Assembly (NCBI RefSeq): GCF_000172995.2
Contig: NC_014729.1
Location: forward strand, 150,001 to 182,000
Reading direction: 5' to 3'
Source: Halogeometricum borinquense DSM 11551
GTDB lineage: Archaea > Halobacteriota > Halobacteria > Halobacteriales > Haloferacaceae
Length of the DNA: 32,000 bases
The translations under genes were made by a program, and so were the position numbers. Numbering within the stretch: position 1 is the first letter of the stretch; each line of letters starts with the position of its first letter. The notes below the pieces were generated by a model. The model had not been told where the DNA came from. It worked only from the letters and a program-made list of their open reading frames with translations, and ran no database searches. Shown piece after piece: positions 8,842 to 16,647 of the stretch.

Positions 8842-9336
8842 TTACCGGCGCAAGCGGGGGTATGTCGCGCCGAGAACGATACCGTACAGCACGTGGCCGA
8901 CGAGGCTCATCAGGTCGAACGCGGGAAGCGACGGCGCGCCCGCGAACCCGACCGCCGAGAGCCAAAGCGGCATCACGAACACCGCGAGAATCCCCCAGAG
9001 AACAACGCCGTAGGCGGTTCCGGCAATCGCCGCGCGGGTGACCGTGCGCCCGGGGTCAGGCCAAAGGCGAAGGACAGCCACGAACACGACGCCGAGGAGC
9101 GCCCCGTGCGAGAGATGGATACCCATTCCCGCCATGCCGCCGGAGAGGCCATACATGCTCGGGATGGCGGCCGTCAGCGCTGCGGGAGCGGAGATGGCCA
9201 ACAACGCGCTGAACGCGACGGCACCAAGAAGCCCGGCGACCACACCGGCCTGCCAACGCTCAACCCCAGTCGTCAGTTCCGACTGTTCATCTCGTTGCTG
9301 CTGTTCCACTGATCCAGTCGTTGCTTTTGTAGACAT
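8842..9336 (-). CDS. small multi-pass membrane protein, tandem paralog B (function unknown)
   Basis: 164 aa with about 4 hydrophobic segments. Shares the motif set listed for paralog A. Confidence 0.72.
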   Translation of the reverse strand: MSTKATTGSVEQQQRDEQSELTTGVERWQAGVVAGLLGAVAFSALLAISAPAALTAAIPSMYGLSGGMAGMGIHLSHGALLGVVFVAVLRLWPDPGRTVTRAAIAGTAYGVVLWGILAVFVMPLWLSAVGFAGAPSLPAFDLMSLVGHVLYGIVLGATYPRLRR

Positions 9337-9537
9337 AACGCCGGATAGAAGCGCTCTGAGAGCATAACCCTCTCTCGGTCAGGACACCACCACGCACAGG
9401 ACCGGTCGGGTGCACGAAACGCGGTCGCACTCAACGGACTGCAAGCGAGTCAAGGTTGCAGTGATAAATCGAAACGCCCCGCAACCAAACGTCCACTCAA
9501 CCGGGACGTTATAACCGATGCCGCGCAAGAACGCATC

Positions 9538-11715
9538 GTGGCAGAGACGAGCGGATACATGCGGTTCTTCCCGTACGACCGCCCGTACCCGAACCAGGGC
9601 GAAGCGATGGACGGCATCGCAGAGGCCCTCGAAGCGGAACGCGACGTACTCGTCGAGGGTGCGCCGGGGACGGGCAAGACGCTCTCGGCGTTGGTTCCCG
9701 CCGTAGAGTACGCCCGACAGGAAGACAAGACGGTGGTCATCACGACGAACGTCCATCAGCAGATGCGCCAATTTGTCGAAGACGCGCGCGCCATCACCCG
9801 AACGGAGCCGATACGCGCCGTCGTTTTCAAGGGGAAGTCGTCGATGTGTCACATCGACGTTGAGTACCAAGAGTGCCAGACGCTCCGCGATACGACGCGA
9901 AGTCTCGTCGAGAAAGAGCAGGACAAAGCGGAACTGTCCGAGCAAGCCGACGCACTCGTAGACCGGATGCGCGCGGGCGAGCAGGGCGCAGCGGACGCGC
10001 GGACGGCCGTCACCGACGAGCTCGATACGCTCGAAGACGAACTCGAAGACCTGCGTGAGGGCAACATCTGCGAGTACTACTACAATAACCTCACCGAGGA
10101 CACGGACGAGTTCTTTTCGTGGCTGTTCGACGACGTGCGGACCCCCGAGGACATCTACGAGTACGCCGACCAGCGGAAACTGTGCGGCTACGAGCTGCTG
10201 AAAGAAGGGATGGAAGAGGTGGATCTCGTCGTCTGTAACTACCACCATCTGTTGGACCCGAACATCCGCGAGCAGTTCTTCCGATGGTTGAACCGCGAAC
10301 CCGAGGACGTGATCACCGTCTTCGACGAGGCGCACAACATCGAGTCGGCCGCGCGCGACCACGCCAGTCGGGCGCTGACCGAGAACACCTTAGAGCAGGC
10401 GTTGAACGAACTCGAAGACACCGACGACTCCCGCGCCGACTCGGCGGAAAACGTCATTTCGGCGTTCCTCGATGCACTCAAAGAAACGTACGACGAGGCT
10501 TTCGGCTTCGGCGAACGCGAACAGGTCGGCGAGGACTGGTACGACCTACCGATTGCCAACAACGACAGGCGCGACGACCTGACGCTCGCGTTTCTCGACA
10601 GATACGAAGGCCGGGGGATCAGCACGGAAGTCGAGTTAGCGCTCCAGTTGGGCAAGCGCCTCGACGACGAGTACGAGGAAGCGTACAAAGATGGCGAGGC
10701 GACGACGCGACAGGAGTGTCAGACCCTCCAAGCCGCCACGTTCATCGACACGTGGATGGCCGACGGCGGGAAGTTGGGCCAGCATCCCATGTGTTCGGTT
10801 CGCCGCGACGGCGGCACCGACGAAGTGTACGGTCGCGCCGAACTGTACACCTGTATCCCGCGGGAGGTGACCGAGACGCTGTTTGAGGAGGTACACGCGA
10901 GCATCCTCATGTCGGCGACGCTCCGGCCGTTCGACGTGACCGAAGACGTACTCGGGCTGTCGGATCCGGCGACGATGGCGTACGGACTGGCGTATCCAGA
11001 AGAGAACCGGCACACGATTGCCGTGCAGACGCCCGCACTGTTCAGTTCCGAACGCGAGGAACCAGCGACCCAAGAGACGCTGACGCAGGTACTCACGGAT
11101 GCCTCGCGGTTCACACCGGGGAACACGCTCGTATTCTTCCCGTCGTATGCCGAGGCGGAACGCTACCACGAACGCCTGCAAGCACGGATGGATGTAACGG
11201 ACCGTCTGTTCTTAGACGAATCAGGGACGCCGACTGAAGAGATCCGGTCGAAGTTCGTCGAGAGTCAGAGCGCGATACTGCTCACTTCGTTGTGGGGAAC
11301 GCTCGCAGAGGGTGTGAGTTTCGACGGCGATGATGCCAGAACCGTCGTCGTTGTAGGCGTGCCGTACCCGCATCTCTCAGAGCGGATGGAAGCGATTCAG
11401 GACGCCTACGACAGAGTGTACAGCAGTCGGCGAGAGGCGGGGTGGCGCTACGCCGTCGAGATTCCGACCATCCGCAAGACGCGGCAGGCGCTCGGACGCG
11501 TCATCCGGTCGCCAGACGACTTCGGCGTGCGCATCCTCGCGGACAAACGCTACACACGCGCGAGTTCCGAGATGGGTAAGTACGGCGTGCGTTCGACGTT
11601 CCCGCCCGAAGAGCGTGCTGAAATCGTAGACGTCTCCGCGGAGAAGTTGAAGTTCGCCATGTTGAATTTCTACGGCGATCACGACGCCTACGACGGCGAT
11701 CCACCCCGACCCTGA
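9538..11715 (+). CDS. XPD/Rad3-type (DinG family) Fe-S DNA helicase
   Basis: Walker A GAPGTGKT and DEAH box VFDEAHN. Four cysteines in the Fe-S region (SMCH, ECQ, ICEYYY, LCGYE). C-terminal helicase motifs: GTLAEGVSFDGD, QALGRVIRS. The start is ambiguous: GTG 9538, which sits about 27 nt downstream of TTATAA at 9508-9513, or ATG 9559 (MRFFPYDRPYPNQ). Confidence 0.88.
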   Translation: MAETSGYMRFFPYDRPYPNQGEAMDGIAEALEAERDVLVEGAPGTGKTLSALVPAVEYARQEDKTVVITTNVHQQMRQFVEDARAITRTEPIRAVVFKGKSSMCHIDVEYQECQTLRDTTRSLVEKEQDKAELSEQADALVDRMRAGEQGAADARTAVTDELDTLEDELEDLREGNICEYYYNNLTEDTDEFFSWLFDDVRTPEDIYEYADQRKLCGYELLKEGMEEVDLVVCNYHHLLDPNIREQFFRWLNREPEDVITVFDEAHNIESAARDHASRALTENTLEQALNELEDTDDSRADSAENVISAFLDALKETYDEAFGFGEREQVGEDWYDLPIANNDRRDDLTLAFLDRYEGRGISTEVELALQLGKRLDDEYEEAYKDGEATTRQECQTLQAATFIDTWMADGGKLGQHPMCSVRRDGGTDEVYGRAELYTCIPREVTETLFEEVHASILMSATLRPFDVTEDVLGLSDPATMAYGLAYPEENRHTIAVQTPALFSSEREEPATQETLTQVLTDASRFTPGNTLVFFPSYAEAERYHERLQARMDVTDRLFLDESGTPTEEIRSKFVESQSAILLTSLWGTLAEGVSFDGDDARTVVVVGVPYPHLSERMEAIQDAYDRVYSSRREAGWRYAVEIPTIRKTRQALGRVIRSPDDFGVRILADKRYTRASSEMGKYGVRSTFPPEERAEIVDVSAEKLKFAMLNFYGDHDAYDGDPPRP

Positions 11716-11784
11716 ACGACCACATTACTGTCAACTACTAGAACATCCGAGTCGTTCATACGCGTCCAGGCTAACCCCCACGCG

Positions 11785-13143
11785 ATGAGTACGCGACCGC
11801 CGGGGCCGAAGGGCGTGCCGTTGTTCGGAAACAGCCGAGAGTACGCGAAGGACCCGTTCACGTTCCTGAGGCAGGTTTCGGAAGCGTACGGCGACGTGGT
11901 GTACTTCGGTCTCGGCCCGCTCGACACTTACATGCTCACCAACCCCGCCGACATCGAACGGGTGTTGGTGTCCGAAGACGCGAAGTTCCACAAGCCCGAC
12001 TTTCAGGACGACGCCATCGGGACGCTTCTGGGTGACGGACTTCTGCTGAGCGAAGGCGAGACGTGGCGGAAACAGCGCGAACTCGCCCAACCGTCGTTCG
12101 ACCCCCGGCGCATCGCAGCGCTGGGCGAGACGATGACCGATCACGCGACGGCCATGGTCGAAGGGTGGAACGACGGCGAGGTGCGCGACGTACAGTTGGA
12201 GATGGCGCGCGTCACAGTGAAAATAATCGTGGACGCCATGTTCGGGTCGTCGCTTGCGGACGAACGCGTCCGGACAGTACAGGAGAATCTCGAACCCCTC
12301 GGCAAGCGTTTCGAACCCGACCCGTTGCGGTTTCTCATCCCTGACTGGGCACCCACGCGGGAGAACCGCGAGTACAAGCAGTCCATCTCGATTCTGGAGG
12401 GAATCATCGACGATGTGGTAGCCGAACGACTCGGGACTGAAAACGACCCATCGGCCGCAGTGGCAGGCGAAGACGGCGCGCCGATGGACCTCCTATCTGT
12501 TCTCCTCCGGGCGAAACAGCGCGGTGAACAGACCGACCAACAGATACGCGATGAAATGATGACGATGCTGTTGGCGGGCCATGACACCACCGCACTGACG
12601 CTGACGTACGCGTTCTATCTGCTCTCACAGCATCCCGAATCGGAGGCGAAAGTGCAGGCGGAGGTGGACAAGGTGTGCGGCGGCGAGACTCCAACTGTCG
12701 CCGACGTTCGGCAGTTCGACTACCTCGAACGGGTGCTACAGGAGGCGATGCGCCTCTATCCGCCCGTCTACGTCATCTTCCGCGAACCGCAGGTGGACGT
12801 GCGTCTCGGCGGCTATCGGATCCCATCGGGGTCTGCTATCATGCTCCCGCAGTGGGTGGTCCACCGGTCGCCGCGGTGGTACGATGCGCCTACCGAATTC
12901 GACCCGGACCGGTGGCGTCCCGAACGGCGGGCGTCGCGCCCGCGCTTTTCGTACTTCCCGTTCGGCGGTGGACCGCGTCACTGCATCGGCAAGCAGTTCT
13001 CGATGATGGAAGCGAAACTCATCCTCGCCACCGTCGCGCAGGCGTACGAACTGGATTACGTGCGCGACCGACCGTTCAGCCTCCGCGGGTCGTTGACGAT
13101 GCATCCCGAAGAACCGATGGGAATGCGACTGCGGGCGCGGTAG
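11785..13143 (+). CDS. cytochrome P450
   Basis: 452 aa. Heme-thiolate loop FPFGGGPRHCIGKQF, I-helix LLAGHDTT and the ExxR motif (QEAMR). Confidence 0.92.
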   Translation: MSTRPPGPKGVPLFGNSREYAKDPFTFLRQVSEAYGDVVYFGLGPLDTYMLTNPADIERVLVSEDAKFHKPDFQDDAIGTLLGDGLLLSEGETWRKQRELAQPSFDPRRIAALGETMTDHATAMVEGWNDGEVRDVQLEMARVTVKIIVDAMFGSSLADERVRTVQENLEPLGKRFEPDPLRFLIPDWAPTRENREYKQSISILEGIIDDVVAERLGTENDPSAAVAGEDGAPMDLLSVLLRAKQRGEQTDQQIRDEMMTMLLAGHDTTALTLTYAFYLLSQHPESEAKVQAEVDKVCGGETPTVADVRQFDYLERVLQEAMRLYPPVYVIFREPQVDVRLGGYRIPSGSAIMLPQWVVHRSPRWYDAPTEFDPDRWRPERRASRPRFSYFPFGGGPRHCIGKQFSMMEAKLILATVAQAYELDYVRDRPFSLRGSLTMHPEEPMGMRLRAR

Positions 13144-13202
13144 GGGATTCGGACACGATAGGGAGCTGCGGACGCGATAGGGGACTTCAGGTACAGTAGT
13201 GC

Positions 13203-13715
13203 TCACCGAAGCGGAATGCGCGCGGCATCCTCGCGGTACCGCGAGTCCCACACGCGAACCTCCCCAACGGTCCAGCGAACGGCTTCTATCTCCCGTTCTG
13301 CGAGTGCCGCCGCGTCGTCGATGCGTCCCCCGCGAGCGAGCGTCACGTGAGGCGTATATTCGTCACCCTCCATTCCTTCGACAGTCCCGAACTCCGTGCA
13401 GAGTCGGCGGTGAAGTTCGTGGAGACCGGAACTCTCGACGCGGAGATAGACGACCGGTCCGTCCCCGCGTGTGGGGCGTTCGAAGTAGTCGATACCGTCG
13501 ATTCGCGCCTCGAACGGGGCGACACTGCGAAGCGTCTCGCGGAGTCGTTCACGGAGTCGCGGGAGCGAATCAGCGTCCGGATCGAGATTCGTATCGAATC
13601 GCTTGACGACGAGCGTGTGTCGGTCGCGGACGGCGTCGAACGGAGTCAACGCGGGATGGAGGTCTCCCGCAAGGCGTTCGACCTGACCGGGAACAGGCAC
13701 GTTGAGGCTGAACAC
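13203..13715 (-). CDS. 2H phosphoesterase / 2'-5' RNA ligase (LigT-like) family protein
   Basis: 170 aa with two H-x-T/S-x type motifs (RHTLVV and PHVTLA) at the spacing typical of the 2H fold. Confidence 0.7.
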   Translation of the reverse strand: MFSLNVPVPGQVERLAGDLHPALTPFDAVRDRHTLVVKRFDTNLDPDADSLPRLRERLRETLRSVAPFEARIDGIDYFERPTRGDGPVVYLRVESSGLHELHRRLCTEFGTVEGMEGDEYTPHVTLARGGRIDDAAALAEREIEAVRWTVGEVRVWDSRYREDAARIPLR

Positions 13716-13762
13716 GTCCGAGCGTCGGTGTCGTGGGTGAAAAGTCGTCGGATTCTACGGGA

Positions 13763-13987
13763 TCAGATTCGATCCAGTAGCCAGAGAACGATCAGGACGA
13801 GAATCACGACACCGAGAAGTGGCTGGAGGGGACCGAGAAGGTGCGTAACGAAGCCGACGACATCGCCGACGATTTTGAGGACGAGCCAAATCACGACGAG
13901 GACGAGGATCAGTTTCAGAAGGTCTTCCACGTCGATTCCGCCGCGCGTTCCGGGGAACATAGGAGCCACGTCATCCTCGAACTGCAA
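13763..13987 (-). CDS. small hydrophobic protein, about 2 TM helices (function unknown)
   Basis: 74 aa, MQFEDDVAPMFPGTRGGIDVEDLLKLILVLVVIWLVLKIVGDVVGFVTHLLGPLQPLLGVVILVLIVLWLLDRI. An alternative start is ATG 13960. It lies 81 nt downstream of the toxin-like cassette on the same strand. Confidence 0.55.
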   Translation of the reverse strand: MQFEDDVAPMFPGTRGGIDVEDLLKLILVLVVIWLVLKIVGDVVGFVTHLLGPLQPLLGVVILVLIVLWLLDRI

Positions 13988-14068
13988 GTGTCTTGCGGGG
14001 AGCCACTTCAGATACGCCGAACCGGAAACAGCAGAGATAGGATCCAGTCGAATACTCGTGACGGCGTT

Positions 14069-15034
14069 CTATCCGAGCAGTGGCGTATGGTTGCCGTCGC
14101 GTTTGTGGACTTCGGGATACATCTCGAAGTGGTCGTAACGGCGGGAATCCCGGAACTTCCCGAAGCCGACGACGTGGAATTCCTCGGGCGGGACGACGCC
14201 CATCTTCAGGAAGCAGTCTCGGACCTGACAGCGCAGGTGGTGATCGAGATATGCCGGGAATTCATCGAACGATTCGGGTGCGTACGGGAGCAGTGACAGA
14301 CGGGCATCAGCCTGGTGAGTGAACGGTGAGTCGGCTTCATCGACCTCGTGTTTACCCAGTCGATTCGGATAGCCGATGTGGAGTCCGGAAACACCAGTAA
14401 TCGTCAGGTTTGTTGTGAGGTCCTCGCGAGTGACGATAGCTGCAAGATCGTCTCCGAAGGCTTTCCAACGGCTGAGCGTCTCGTCGCTGAGTTCCGAAAC
14501 GGGCTGGACTTCGGCACTTTCCTCAAGATCGAACCCGTGGGCAGTCGCCAGTGCTTGGGCGCGCTCTGCGACATCTTCACCGACGGCTTCTAAGCCGAGA
14601 TAGATCTCTGGTTCGTAGACGACTGCATCCGGTTTGCGGACGCCTGAGGGGAGTTCTCGAGGTCGCTCGGTGTCGTCGTGGTGGCTGCGGAGTTGCCTGT
14701 AGAGCGCTCCAAAGTACCGCTTGAATTCTGCCGGTGACAAGTCCGCGATGGCCCGGCGCACTGCATCCACGTACGCCGGATTCTCTATATGTTCGACGGT
14801 GTCGTACCCCCGCTGGGCGAATACGTAATACTTCGCGTAGCGTCGCGCTTGATTATTGTATTCGTTCTCCTCGGAGGTACGGCGATTGGCATCGTCTGCG
14901 TACGCATCACATTGGTGGTACGGGATATCTCCTGAATTCTTGTCAATAGTCAATTCATGCTCTGAATCAAGGTTATCTGTAATATACACCTTAACATAAT
15001 TCTCGTCTTCACCTTCGATAGTGGATTCCATCAT
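14069..15034 (-). CDS. unknown-family acidic protein, partner 2 of the cassette (candidate immunity/accessory protein), paralog of 15613..16647
   Basis: 321 aa. Its ATG overlaps the stop of the upstream orphan gene (tcat at 15031-15034, i.e. ATGA). It shares blocks with the 344-aa paralog: NQARRYAKYYVFAQRGYDT vs NQARRFAKYWVYRKRGYDT, and HHLRCQVRDCFLKMGVVPPEEFHVVGFG vs HLLCQIRDCYLTMGIAPPEQFRILGHG. Confidence 0.8.
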   Translation of the reverse strand: MMESTIEGEDENYVKVYITDNLDSEHELTIDKNSGDIPYHQCDAYADDANRRTSEENEYNNQARRYAKYYVFAQRGYDTVEHIENPAYVDAVRRAIADLSPAEFKRYFGALYRQLRSHHDDTERPRELPSGVRKPDAVVYEPEIYLGLEAVGEDVAERAQALATAHGFDLEESAEVQPVSELSDETLSRWKAFGDDLAAIVTREDLTTNLTITGVSGLHIGYPNRLGKHEVDEADSPFTHQADARLSLLPYAPESFDEFPAYLDHHLRCQVRDCFLKMGVVPPEEFHVVGFGKFRDSRRYDHFEMYPEVHKRDGNHTPLLG

Positions 15035-15564
15035 TGACCACCTCCACTATACGGGTCAGAACCACCATGATCGTTCCTTGCCTCGATGAACTCTTGATAC
15101 ATCTCGGCCATTTCGTAGTACATCTGCTCTAGTTTGTCGGCTTCGCCACCGGGACGATTATTCATCATTGTCCCGACAAACTCTCTGGAAACGGTTTGGG
15201 CAATGGAGGTAACGCCCCCTATAAACGCGGCTGCGCCAGTCGCTTCTGGACTCCCAGTCATGGCACCGATACCGAGGCCGACACCTACGCCGGTCGCCCC
15301 CTTCATGCTGGCACCTTGCCAATCGAAGTCTTCGGGTGCGCCCGGCGAGGCTTCCAAGAGCGTTCCCATCATCTGCTCTTGGCGGTCTTCGATGTTCTTG
15401 ATATTCGTCTTGTGGGTCTCGATACTCTCATCGTGCTCGCTGACTTGCTGTTGGAGGTCTTCGACCGCTCCGTACAGCATTCCGTCATCGGCTTCTGCGG
15501 GCATCCGCTGAACGTGCACGTCTGAGTGCTCCATGCGATGCACGCCGATTTTCCCGCCTTGCAT
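15031..15564 (-). CDS. orphan toxin-like C-terminal module: conserved junction peptide plus a glycine-zipper/hydrophobic C-terminal domain. It lacks the DUF4157 domain.
   Basis: 177 aa. The first 22 residues, MQGGKIGVHRMEHSDVHVQRMP, are identical to residues 268-289 of the 429-aa protein (65-bp DNA repeat). The rest is unrelated and contains GATGVGVGLGIGAMTGSPEATGAAAFIGGVTSIA. An in-frame TAG lies 3 codons upstream of the ATG. Confidence 0.72.
   Translation of the reverse strand: MQGGKIGVHRMEHSDVHVQRMPAEADDGMLYGAVEDLQQQVSEHDESIETHKTNIKNIEDRQEQMMGTLLEASPGAPEDFDWQGASMKGATGVGVGLGIGAMTGSPEATGAAAFIGGVTSIAQTVSREFVGTMMNNRPGGEADKLEQMYYEMAEMYQEFIEARNDHGGSDPYSGGGQ
15500..15564. repeat. 65-bp direct repeat, copy 1 (junction of the orphan module)
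   Basis: ggcatccgctgaacgtgcacgtctgagtgctccatgcgatgcacgccgattttcccGccttgcat. It matches 17068-17132 at 64/65 positions. The single difference is at 15556 vs 17124 and is a synonymous Gly codon. Confidence 0.95.
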
Positions 15565-15612
15565 TGCGTGCTAGCGGACCCCTCGAATACTGCGGAATAA
15601 CTTCATGGCCGG

Positions 15613-16647
15613 TCAGGCCTTGGTTTGAACGTTTTTGTTAGCGGGCTCGTGTTCGTAGGCACCTTCGGGTGTGTTCTCTACGTACCACGTGTCAATCTCG
15701 GCGTTGGGGTCGAAGTATTCATCGTAGATGTCGTAGCTGGCGTATAACCCCGTGGCTTCGTGGCGACCGTGGCCGAGGATACGGAACTGCTCAGGTGGTG
15801 CGATTCCCATAGTGAGGTAGCAATCCCGAATCTGGCACAGCAGATGTCTGGCGACTTGGGCCTGCAGTTCGGTAATCGAGTCCGGCTCGAAGGGGAAGAT
15901 TTCGATGCGGGCGGCCGGGTCACGACCAAGGTCAGGTTGGTCTCCCCATTGGGTATGGTACTCGCCCGGCGGGTCATCCCAGTGTACATGAATACCCGAA
16001 GTAGCTTCCAGTAGGAGTCCCTCGCTGAGGCTTGGGAGTGAATCAGAGTCCCGGTCGGATGCCTCTGCGATTAGTTCTTTGAAGGTCGGAACGTACTCTG
16101 CTCCAACCAGGGATTCTCCGCCAACGCCGACAGACTTGCCGACCAGTTCCATCAGTTTGGGATCCGCAAGGAGATCAGCCGCGATTGTCCCCAGAGTCTC
16201 GTCTTCAAGGCCAACGTAGATGTCTTTCTGATAGACTGTTCCACCGCCCTGTTCGGGAACGCCCTCGGGCATTTCGACCGGCGAGTCAGCAGTTCCATTG
16301 ATACTCTGGAAGTGCTGATAAAAGTCGCCTAAATGGGTTTCCGCAGTTTCGGGTTCCAGTGGTGTCAGAGCAATTGCGGCTGCTATGATCCGATCTGGGT
16401 TCTCCGTTGGGGGAATCGTGTCGTATCCGCGCTTGCGGTACACCCAGTACTTCGCAAAGCGGCGAGCCTGATTGACGTGGATGTTTCCGGCTCTTGTCCG
16501 CTCACTCGGGTCATCCGGGTAGCCATCCTGTTCGTGGTAGGTGATTTCGCCATCGAAGTTGACAGAAATCCCATGACTCACTTCGTTATTATCAATAACT
16601 CTCAGTCCGACACCACCATCATCTTCCCCGCCAAGAACTGCTCTCAT
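15613..16647 (-). CDS. unknown-family acidic protein, partner 1 of the cassette (candidate immunity/accessory protein), paralog of 14069..15034
   Basis: 344 aa. Its ATG overlaps the stop of the DUF4157 gene (tcat at 16644-16647). Conserved blocks are shared with the 321-aa paralog at both termini, and the middle is variable and acidic. Confidence 0.82.
   Translation of the reverse strand: MRAVLGGEDDGGVGLRVIDNNEVSHGISVNFDGEITYHEQDGYPDDPSERTRAGNIHVNQARRFAKYWVYRKRGYDTIPPTENPDRIIAAAIALTPLEPETAETHLGDFYQHFQSINGTADSPVEMPEGVPEQGGGTVYQKDIYVGLEDETLGTIAADLLADPKLMELVGKSVGVGGESLVGAEYVPTFKELIAEASDRDSDSLPSLSEGLLLEATSGIHVHWDDPPGEYHTQWGDQPDLGRDPAARIEIFPFEPDSITELQAQVARHLLCQIRDCYLTMGIAPPEQFRILGHGRHEATGLYASYDIYDEYFDPNAEIDTWYVENTPEGAYEHEPANKNVQTKA

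Noticed and set aside
8726-8965. 80-aa N-terminal extension of the first small membrane protein ORF (8264..8965).
   Set aside because: The extension is basic and R/P-rich and would overlap the 3' end of the neighbouring paralog (8842..9336). Alignment between the paralogs begins only after the ATG at 8725.
11713-11758. 8-bp inverted repeat tgaacgac...gtcgttca with a 30-nt spacer, between the helicase stop and the P450 start.
   Set aside because: The arms are short and the loop is long. It is compatible with chance, and there is no oligo-T tract to support a terminator call.
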